A stretch of DNA of 63,251 bases, filler included, from Cercozoa sp. M6MM (taxonomy: Eukaryota > Protista > Endomyxa: Ascetosporea): assembly GCA_040357565.1 (NCBI GenBank). It is 9 parts of 9 records of this genome, joined end to end, with 100 filler letters (N's around TTAATTAATTAA, not from the genome) between each part and the next. Parts side by side here need not be neighbours in the genome. Positions count along the whole stretch, not along the records: positions 51,271 to 54,930 come from JBDODJ010001367.1; positions 55,031 to 61,235 come from JBDODJ010000772.1; positions 61,336 to 63,251 come from JBDODJ010001886.1; 6 more parts are not named here. One strand, given 5' to 3'. Both the position numbers and the translations under genes were made by a program. Below the pieces are notes generated by a model, which saw nothing but the letters and a program-made list of their open reading frames with translations, searched no databases and had not been told where the DNA came from. Position 1 is the stretch's first letter. The number at the start of each line of letters is the position of its first letter. Positions 53,224 to 63,251 of this stretch are shown one piece after another.

Positions 53224-54627
53224 ATGCGTGTGCGCTTCCTGGGCGTGTTGCTGGCTTGGGTGGGTGCCGATTCTGAGCATCGCTGGTTGCGCGTGCAGCA
53301 GCTGCCGCGCGGTTATCCCTATCGTGGTGGAGGTAGATAGCAATACCATATCCACAGACCATAACCATTGCTTGTTTATCGGGTGTCTGTGGCAGGCTTA
53401 AGACGCCGTCGACGCCAACAGCGAGAACGCAGAGTGCGTCAGATAAAGCAAAAGCGCGGTTTCCGGTGTTGCGGAGTCTTGCTCTGCAAGAGCGCACCCT
53501 CTAGACAGGAGCTAGACGCTGTAGTGGACACAGAGGGCGACATCGAGCGCGTCAGCGGCGCCCACTCCAGCGCCAGTCGCGAAAAATCGCGCGAACTCGA
53601 GCGACAGTCCTCCCTGGTCGAACACGAGGTAGCTGTCTATCCCGACGCGAAACTACCGTCTGCCGGTAAGTCTAGAAAGCCCTCGCTGGTCGAACACGGC
53701 AGCAGCAGTGGCGGCGGCAAGCAATACATAGAACACATAGCGGAGAACTACAACCAACCGCCACCTACCAATCGTACCTTTTAATTCACACTTAAGCTTC
53801 ACAGGCCAAAGTTTGTTTGGTCTGTGAACTTGGTTTGTTGAATCTCATTGTTGATGATAGGAAAGCGTGAGTACTTGCCTGCACTGGCAACTTCGCGTGT
53901 GCCAACGACTGCCAGGAGTCACTACCGTGCGACATCGCAGGTGTGCTCAGAGTCCATTGTCGACGCGCCCAAGCACGGCAGTGCTGCTGTCCAGGTACAC
54001 GCTGAGTCGTATTTCTCATCTATAATGGGTAGGTACTCTAGCATAATTACTCAGACACTAACCCACTCGGAGGAAGAGCGCTGGCGACAGCTACTGACGT
54101 GGTGCAACCGAGTGCTGGAGACAGGACCGCGCACACGAGTTCACTCGGAACGTGAGCTCGCATGCACTTGGCCCTATTGCCAACTTGCCGATGCACTGTA
54201 CTGCCTACATTTATTGCGGAATGGCAGGATTTACAGCACGTGTGTATAGTTGGCCGGGAGTGCTACCACTGCGATACGTGTCCTTTGGCGTGTGCACACG
54301 CGATGTTTCGGTCGACAATGCGCGGTTGTTGCGAGATGCAGCACGTGCTGTCGACGTGAGTATCTCGCAACACGCTCGCGTGGACCTGCGTCGCGTTGTT
54401 CTTGGCGACAGGAAGCACCAGTTGTAAACACACACCACACACCACACACCACACACCACACACCACACACACTTTTCACTCCTTTGTACTGCAGACGATT
54501 GCTTGATTTCTTCTTCTTGCGCTGGCACGCCGAAGGCTCGAATATCGTGAGTCGGTACCGAGCGGCACACCGACGTCTTCAAGGTAGAGACCTATATAAA
54601 TTGAGGGCAAAATTTACGTGTACTTAA
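53224..54627 (+). CDS. Protein with a C-terminal calponin-homology-like domain
   Basis: QLLTWCNRVL ... WPGVLP ... DNARLLRDAARAVDV ... VVLGDRKHQL.LLDFFF matches the CH-domain pattern. Confidence 0.55.
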
Positions 54628-54893
54628 ACAGCGATTGCACTCGGCATGCGCCGCCGGCCAATGTCTCGTTCAGACCTTTTTGGTACCGCAGGAGAGCAAA
54701 TACAAATTGGCTTGTATTTTGCTCGACACGGCAAAATCGCTGGGTTTATCTACATTTGTGTAGCTAACTTTACTCCAACCGAGCCACCGTCAACAATAAA
54801 CGAGGAGGAGTACAAAAACGAGACTTGACACCGAGTTTTTTAGTTTCAGTTCGAATTACCACGCCACACCACACCACACCACACCACACCACA

Positions 54894-54930
<37 letters not shown>

Positions 54931-55156
54931 NNNNNNNNNNNNNNNNNNNNNNNNNNNNNNNNNNNNNNNNNNNNTTAATTAATTAANNNNNNNNNNNNNN
55001 NNNNNNNNNNNNNNNNNNNNNNNNNNNNNNGGGGGGGGGGGTAAGAAGGGAGTAAGAAGGGGGGTTAGTTAGTAGGGGGTATGCAGGGGGTATGTCGTGG
55101 GATAAGTAGGGGGTATGTAGGGGGATAAGAAGGGGAAGTAAGAAGAGGGGCAAGGA

Positions 55157-57770
55157 CCTGTCCCAGCATAGTCGGTGCAAGGTAGCCTTGTGCGTCCTTG
55201 GTGCAGAAGCCTTTCTTCTGCGACAAACCGCAGAGGAGTAAGAGGGGGTAAAGAGGGAGTAAACAGGGGGTGAACAGGGGGTAAAGAAGGGGTAAAGAAG
55301 AGGTAAGGGGCAAATAGAAAGGTAAAGAGAAGGTTAAAAGAGGATTAAAGCTACCTGAATATTCTCAATGTGCTGCGCAATTGTTGCATCAGTTCCTGTG
55401 GGTAAATAGCGGGATAAACAGGAGGGGCAAACAGGGGGGGTAAAGAGGGGTAAATAGGAAGGTAAACAGGGGGATAAACAGGGGATAAACAGGGGATAAA
55501 CAGGATAAACAGGGATACAGGGGGATAAACATGGGGGATAAACAGGGGGAATAAACAGGAAAGGAGATAAACAGGAGGGAAGATAAACAGAAGGAGCGGG
55601 TAGAACCAATGCCATTGGCGTCCATGAGTGCAATCAACTGCTGCTCCTTCAGCAGCAGCGGCGCCTGCGTCGCTCCCTCAGTCACACGCACTCCGGCCGG
55701 CACGCAGTGCGCCCCCTCGCGCAGCACGTCCGGCAGCGTGCGTCCCGATACCTGGCTGTACCGCCACACCTTCAGGTAGCCTACGGGAGGGGAGAACAGG
55801 TGAGTAAACAGGGGGTAAACAGGGAGTGAACAGGGGGTAAACAGGGCGTAAACATGTGGGTAAATAGGCGGGTAAATAGGCGGGTAAACAGGGAGGTAAA
55901 CAGATGGGTAACTAGGCGGGTAAACATGGGGATAAACAGATGGGTAAAAAGGGGGTAAAACCTCGGTCCAGCACACGTCGTCCAGTCGCGAAGAAACGCT
56001 CGCCTCGCAACTGACACTCGACACGTGTGCTACAGTGCCAAAACAAGGTTGTTCATCCACATAGAAAGAGTGCAAAAGGAAAAGGCTACTTGGCCACACG
56101 TGCATCTGGTCCACACGACGCCAGAAAGTGTCGTGTCACCTGGGGGAGGGGGGTAAATGGGCGGACAAACAGGGGGCAAACAGGGAGGTAAACAGAGGAA
56201 ACACGAAAGCAAGAAGGAAGGTAAAAAGAAAGTTAAAGGCAAAGAGGGAGGGTAAACAGGGGGTAAACAGGGGGGTAAACAGGGAGATAAACAGGGGTAA
56301 ACAGGGAGGTAAGCAGGGAGTAAACAGGGGAGTAAACAGGGGAGTAAACAGGGAGGTGAACAGAAGGGTAGACAGCGGGGGGGGGGGGAGTAGACACACG
56401 CACCAGCTCGAAGACCTCCCAGGCGCGTCCCTGCACAGCAACGCCGATCTGCTGCCGCGTGGCTGACTTGAGAGGGTGGATGGGAGGGTGCGCACCTGCA
56501 TAGGCGGGTCACATGGGTTCACTGAGTGATCACATGGTCACGTGGGTCATGTGGGTCACGTGGAGGTGGCTACCGTCATCGGAACCGCCACTGCGCGGCC
56601 ACTGGAACCGTCCCTGCTGCGACAGACCGACGGCATACTGACCCAGGTCGCCCTCCAGACCGCACAGTGCCGCCACACGCGACTGCAGCGGCTCCGACCG
56701 CTTGTACACCGTCGTCTCCGTCCGCGGGTACGACAGGAAACCCTGCGCAGTGACCACCGACACACTGGGTTGACACATGCACACTTTTTTAAACGCAAGA
56801 GTACCTTCTGGTACAGCCCCTCGGCCAGTGTCATTGTCTGCTTGGCCGATAGTCCTGTAAAAGGGGTCAACAGGGGAGTAAATAGGGGGGGTAAATAGGG
56901 GGTAAACGGGGGGGGGCAGCGAGGGAGGGGGTAAAACTACGCAGGTATCGAGCGCACTCCTTCTGCAGCGTCACCGTGTGCAACGGTACCGGCCGACGCC
57001 ACGTGGATTCCTTATCCTGAGGACATGTACAAACAAACGTCCAGATAGACCACCTAAGGACGGCTACAGATGGGAACCCGATAGTGTACCACAACAGAGT
57101 CGATGTGGACTTCCTTGTCGCCGAGCGAGTCGCCTTCCACATCGACCAGGATGCTGTGGATGGCCGTGACAACACCTGCACACAAAAACGATCACAGTGT
57201 GACACACACACACATGTGCTCACCGAGAGAGACACACTGAGGGAGCACCCTTGTCGAACAGGTGGCCACGTGACCACTTGAAGTCGGCGCACGTGTCACC
57301 GCCAAACGAAGCTGACAGCGCGATCGACCAGAAGCGCTCGGACACGTGCAGCTGCCGCTTCATCGAGCGGTCCACCACGAAGCCCAGTGTCGGCATCAGG
57401 CACGGTCCGTACGACACCGTTGAACTCTTCTGGCCCTGCGTATAGGCCGCCTGCCACACCGAGGTAGTCGCACAAGAAACACACACACCCAGAACAGACA
57501 CACACATACATACACACGCACACACCATGACAGGGAGTCTTACACAAGCCTACCAACTGAGGCACTCGGTTCTGCAGAAACATGGTCTGGAAACGCGTGA
57601 AAGCCGACCCGATTCGAAGGTCGATCTCTTGTCTACAGCAGCAGAAAAGGAAGTAGGGGCAGGCGAAAGAAAACTAACTCTCAACACAGGAGTGTCTACC
57701 GAGCTCCAACGGCGTCGTTTTGCTGCCGGTCTGGTTGCACGAGGTTCGCCATTGCACGTGTTACTTCTGC

Positions 57771-57852
<82 letters not shown>

Positions 57853-58801
57853 CACGTGCTTTCAATCACATGTTTCGAGTGCAGTTTACCTTGCTTAGTA
57901 AGTGCAGAAAAACGAGCCCGAAGCACCTGTGAACAAAGATTAAAACACTGTTTCTTTTGGTCAAAGATTTCCAAAGCTGTTCGAAATCGAAAACCCCAAA
58001 ATCAAAGCAAAAAAACAAAGAGAGTGTACCTGTAAATTCGGTTTGACTGCTCGACATTCTTCGAGCACATCGAACGCAATCTTTTCTCCTTCTCGATCGC
58101 AGTCGAGCCAGAGAATGAGGTGTGTGGAGCGACGAGAGTACTGCTGCAAATTCTGCTGCAGCTTTCGCTTGTCATCCGGCACATTCGAGACCACCTGAGC
58201 CTGTTGCACATTAAGTCAAAACCTACCAACAGCACTGAACGAGAATAATCTACCGTGAACAGTTCCACCGGATCAACTGAACTCCATTTACTGACGCGCG
58301 CTAAAAAACACAAAACACTGACCCAAATCAACCGCGCGGAAAAACAACATTGTTTCTTTGCAACACTTACGCTCAAACTCGAGTTCCCGCAAGTGACCGG
58401 CCACGGCAGTCATAATCATGCGGCATGCACCGAATTGAGGCTGTCATACCAGAAAATGTAGTCAAACTGAAAGTGAAGCGAAAACGAAAACGAAAATTGA
58501 AACAAAGTGAAATAAAAGCGAAACAAAGCGAAGCGAAATAAAGCGTTAAATAAACACAGAAACCAAAATGAAACACGCAAAATTAGACGAAAGAAACAAA
58601 TGAATTCTTGAAAGCGTACATGCTGATACTGAAAGTCGAACGCCAGAGTGCCCTTGGAGTCGTGAAGCTACAAGACAGGAACTCCGATCAAATCGCTCGC
58701 AATAAGAAAAAGCGTACCCTATTCATCTGATTGTTACTCAAAATGCTCGCTACTGCCTTCGCGACCGAAGGTTTTTCGGCCACGTTGAGCACCACCGACA
58801 T
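55157..58801 (-). CDS. TOP3A: DNA topoisomerase III alpha, 3' truncated
   Basis: VLNVAEKPSVAK, TAVAGHL, WLDCDREGEKI, RQEIDLRIGSAFTRFQT, GFLSYPRTET, AHPPIHP, GIGTDAT. Confidence 0.95.
55400..56400. repeat. Intronic G-run/TAAACA arrays in TOP3A
   Basis: Dozens of GGGG(T/A)TAAACA-type variants at about 55400-55600, 55785-55960 and 56140-56390. Confidence 0.9.
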
Positions 58802-59057
58802 CTTCTGCTACCCCAAAGATATCGAGTCTTGCACCTCCCGCCAAACAAGAAAAACACAAAGGCACATTGAATATTAGATGTAACGGCAGTCTTTGCTCTG
58901 TGCATACACAGAGTGCACACACGTGCACGGCTTAAATAGCTCCAAGGAACGAGACAGGGAGCTTTTGTTTGTGAGCTCAACAGGACTGTTTTTAATACTC
59001 AGCCCGAGATTACAACACAGCCAGAAAGCTAGTCTTCTGGGCGTTATTGTTAAGAAG

Positions 59058-60607
59058 TTAATTGTTCGCTGCGTTCAAATTTGTTTGTGGTTCGGAGGTT
59101 CGAACAGCGAGTTCGAGCTCTCGCAGGTCCTGCTCGCGTTGCTGGGCCAGTTGTCTGAGTACATACCTGTGCAGTAGAGCAGCTTTCAAAACACGAAATA
59201 ACGGAGTGTACTGAGTTAGAATTCGTTGTTGAGCTGCTGCCATTTCGGCTTCGTGCTGCATGCGATCGAGGTCGACGTCTTTGTCTGCGATATGACGACG
59301 TTTGATTCGTACCTGCAGGAGGGAGGTTTTCAGTCACACTTTTAATTTGTCTGTCGTGTGGCTGTAAATTTACCATGCGCTGAGTGTGTCGCAGCTTTTT
59401 TTGCAGTTCAGAAACTTCGCGCTCTGTCGTTTCTTGTTCGCGCATGAGTTTGTTTTCAAGATACGCGACAGAGTTCTCCTTGTGTTCTGCGTACAAAGTT
59501 TACAGACAGATTACGATCGAGATGTACTGTTCTGTGTCGGATCTTATTGTCAGTAGAGGGGAAAAATTGTGTTACTCAAGCAAGGGCACTCGCAGGGAAG
59601 CCCATCGCATGTGCATTCGTTGGAACAGGAGCACTCGTCAGCTCTATCGGCACAGTAGTTGTTTCTGGGGGGGGCAAAGCAAACGCAAACGACGCACCTC
59701 AACAAAGCGACGCGTTCCTTTAACATGCGTGATTGTGCATGAGCCAGTTGTTCCACTGTTGGAGTGCGGGAGAGAGTGTTTACAGATTTGTATTGGCACA
59801 ATAAGTGCGAAAAGGTAGGTTTACATCTGGCGTAGTGCGACAGTTTTTGCTCGCACAGTTCGTGGAGCTCCTCCGGTGTCAACACGTTGGGAATCTCCAT
59901 ATCAGTTTCCTCGTTATTTGACGCATACATTGAGTCGCCTGGAGGCGTTAATACCAGACATCATTACAGTGCACTGTGCACGTATATGAGCCGAATTTAC
60001 CTTCATCGCTACTTTCGCGGCTGCGGGACAGCTCTCGAGAGTCTCCGTTGAGAACAGTCTTCGTTCTCCTCCTATCGAAAATTAACTGAAACTGCAAACT
60101 TGTAGATGGGACAACAATGTTCAGTTACTTGAGTTTGTCGCGCATGCGAATTGCTCGCCGGAGTTTTCGCCGCTGTAAAAGTAAGAGACCTACAGTGTTA
60201 GTGTTACTTGCACGATACACGTCCTGTACCAGTTTGTCTTCGCTCTCGACAGCCAACATCGTGCTCAGATCGTTGATTTGCTCTTGACGTAATTTTACTT
60301 GCTCCATTAAGGCACTTTGGCGCTCGAGGGCTTTCCTCAGTCCGTCGTGCGCTTGGATGTCTTTCTCTAGCACAGTCATCTTGGAGAATTTCTCTCGCAG
60401 CTCTTGTCTGAATGACAACAGGTCAGTGTGCGTTTAGAAAATCGCTATAGCACACAATGGATGGGCAAGGCAAACTAACAATCGCTCTTGTTCGGATAAC
60501 AGCTGCTTGTCCAAGCGTTGGCATTTTTCTTTCTCGTGCTCGACGTTTCGCTGCACGACCGCGAGTCGCTCTTGCAGTTCTGCAATCGTGTGTGTGTTCG
60601 TGTCCAT
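59058..60607 (-). CDS. Hypothetical long coiled-coil protein
   Basis: Heptad-rich exons (IAELQERLAVVQRNVEHEKEK; YLENKLMREQETTEREVSELQKKL); start uncertain. Confidence 0.6.
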
Positions 60608-61080
60608 TTTCGATCGTGCTTTCTGGGCGTTCCGACTGTGGAGTTACTGTAGCTGGTCGTCTTTTTTCGTTTCAAGATTCGTGCAGAGCGACACAGCTTT
60701 CGGACTTGCAAAATCGGGTCTCGGATTTTCAGTACAGTAACTATATTCAGTTACTGTACATGACAGGCTCAGAGTACCTCAGACTTCCAGTAGTACAGTT
60801 AAGTATAGTAATACGCACAGATCTATTAGTTCGACTCAGTCAGAATGAATGGCTCAGCCAGGGTCAGACTGAATGCGATCATGTTGCATTGCATACATTC
60901 GACGATGATTGCCATGCGCGTCACGGCACCGTCGCGTACGCGACGTCGGATACAAGATCTATCGCACTAGCACACTGCAACAGCACAGTAGGTATAGCTA
61001 GCTACTGTACGGTACTGTGTAACGTGTCAACTCAAGGTACGGGAAAAATCTACGTTCGACTGGATTGAACTGAGTCGAGG

Positions 61081-61200
61081 CTACGCATCTTCCGTGAAGA
61101 ACTCGCCGAACACCTTGCGAAGCTGGTGCTGCACCGCGTATTTGTTGGTCGAGATAAAGGAGCGGCAGACCACCTTGATGGCACGCGATACGTCCTCCTC
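61081..61200 (-). CDS. MCM2: MCM2 last exon
   Basis: EEDVSRAIKVVCRSFISTNKYAVQHQLRKVFGEFF matches the MCM2 C-terminal helix (DVxxAIxVxxxSFIxTQKxxV). Confidence 0.75.
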   Translation of the reverse strand, partial: EEDVSRAIKVVCRSFISTNKYAVQHQLRKVFGEFFTEDA

Positions 61201-61349
61201 CTGCAGACACACACACACACACACACACACACACANNNNNNNNNNNNNNNNNNNNNNNNNNNNNNNNNNNNNNNNNNNNTTAATTAATTAANNNNNNNNN
61301 NNNNNNNNNNNNNNNNNNNNNNNNNNNNNNNNNNNCCCCCCCCCCGTAG

Positions 61350-63251
61350 GTGGTGTACAAGACGCTGTCGCCGGTGTGGAACGAGCGCTTCGAGTTCGAG
61401 CGAGTGGCCAGCACGGCCGAGGTGTTCCTCAAGGTGCGCGATCGCGACAAGTACTCGCACGATGATTCGCTGGGTGGACACGTGTTCACGCTGGCCTCGC
61501 TGTGAGTGGCTCCGTTCTGTTCTGACCCACGTGGCATGTGACACGTGCCAAGTGGACTGACTGACTGACTGACGGTGTATGTGTATGTGTAGGTACACGA
61601 ACGAGCACCCGAGCGGCGATCTCGACGTCAGCGAGGCCGTGACGCTGCAGGCGTCGCCGGTGCCGGTGCGTTTTGCCCCCCTGTTTACCCCCCCCCCCCG
61701 TTTCCCCCCCCCCCCCATTTGTTGCAGGGAGCGACGCTGCACATGCGCGTGGAGTTCACGGTGCCCGGCGTGCAAGCGTCGGTGGCACCGTCGCCGCACC
61801 GGTCACTGACACCGTCGCCGCAACCGTCAGCCGAACTGGATCAGTCAGCTGACGATCAGGGGCACGTGGAAACGGCGCCGATCACCAAGAAACCGTCGCC
61901 GATCGCTGCGAAACCGTCGGTGGGTCGGGTGACGGTGCGTGTGGTCGGAGCGACCGGTCTGCCGGCTGGTGATCGCAGCGGCACCAGTGATCCCTTCGTG
62001 CTGCTCGTGCTGCGAGGTAGCCCCCCCCCCGCCCCCTACCTGCTTTATCCCCTACCCCATTGCTCCCCCGAGTAGGGCAGAAGAAACGCACGGCGGTGCA
62101 GAAACGAACGTTGGACCCGGTGTTCACGGAGAGGAACGAGTTCACGTTCGAGCAGGTGCCGGTGCACTCAGTGTAAGACACACCACCGTCTCTGGGTTGG
62201 CACGTGGCCTAAGTTGTCACGTGGCCTGGGTCAACACGTGGCCTGGGTCAAACACGTGGCCTGGGTTGACACACACATGACTGTGTGACTGTGTGACTGC
62301 GTGACTGGGCAGACTGCACGTGTGCGTCAAAGACAGCGATCGCGTCGGCCGCGACACAGCGCTGAGCGAACTCTTGCTGCCGCTGGCGTCGCTGGACTGT
62401 AGTTTTACCCCCCCTTACCCCTCCCCCCATTTACCCCTATTTACTCCCCTGTTTACTCCCCTGTTTACCCCTACCCCTACCCCTACCCCGTCCCCGTTTG
62501 GAGCAGGGCGGAGCGCGGCGGAAGGCCGCGACTTCCGAGCGGACGGGTGGCACTCGCTGCGCAGTCTGCGCGCGGAGGGACCGGGCGGACGCGTGCAGCT
62601 GCATGTGGAGTTTGCGTTCCGCGCGGATGACATGGACGGTGTCTCGACAGGCAGTAGTACCAGGGGCACCAGGGACAGCAGCGACAGGCGGGAGGACGAG
62701 GAGGAGGTGGGCGTGGCGACGGCGACGCAGCGCGCACTGGCGCAGGTCGAGTCGAGTCGGCGCGTGCTCAGTGCCGTGCGCAAGAAGGAGAAACGACTCA
62801 AGGTGGGGGGCGTCTAGCGGGGTAGGGGGGAGTACAACAGCATGTGTGTGTACAGGCACATGTGACGCTATTGGAGGCGCACGCACTGCGGTGGCTACGA
62901 CGGTACCAACTGCACGTGGACGGTGACACTGACGGTGACGGTGACACGGACGGTGACGCCGCCAGTGGTACCTTAATTGAGGGTAAGGGTGGAGGGAGGG
63001 GGGTAAAAACGCAACGGTGCGCGCAGCGTTGCAGGGCGAGGTGAAATTGCGCCTGGAGTCGCAAGGCGACACAACGGGCCACACGCAGGTGCGGCACTAC
63101 GCCGACCTGGCGCGCGACTACACGGGCCCTCCGCGCGGACTGGGTCAGGGTGACGACACGGCGTTTCTCCCGGTGGCGGCTGAGGACTCTTTCGACCTCG
63201 TGTGGGGCGGTACTCTGTCTGTCTCTCTTTCTCTCTACCGGGGGGGGGGGG
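61350..63251 (+). CDS. Multi-C2-domain protein, internal fragment
   Basis: KTLSPVWNERFEF..KVRDRDKYSHDDSLG; VRVVGATGLPAGDRSGTSDPFV..RTLDPVF..VKDSDRVGRDTAL. Confidence 0.85.

Overview
Gene-dense genomic DNA from a unicellular eukaryote with many short spliceosomal introns (typically about 45-70 nt). It reads in the standard genetic code wherever I could splice conserved proteins by hand. The window is a pseudo-scaffold: eight 100-nt spacers (N44-TTAATTAATTAA-N44) join nine contigs, so synteny across spacers is meaningless and several genes are truncated. Recognisable genes: COQ2, a stand-alone PLOD-type glycosyltransferase, an SLC35F-like transporter, pyrroline-5-carboxylate reductase, a probable BAR-PH protein, G-protein alpha, an ATG27/M6PR-like C-terminus, PIG-V, a PIMT-like methyltransferase, MMACHC, PDCD2-like, mitochondrial bL17, bifunctional HPPK-DHPS, an AGC kinase, a DUF676-like protein, CCT2, a CH-domain protein, TOP3A, the MCM2 C-terminus and a multi-C2 protein. 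Most interesting: (1) an unassigned ~380-nt densely base-paired element at 16149-16531; (2) a secreted protein with five copies of an unrecognised C-W-C-C module; (3) intronic arrays of GTAAACA embedded in G-runs; (4) GTAC-dominated splice donors alongside GC-AG introns; (5) a DUF676 protein lacking its nucleophile Ser. All gene models and family calls are manual, from remembered motifs; no database was searched.
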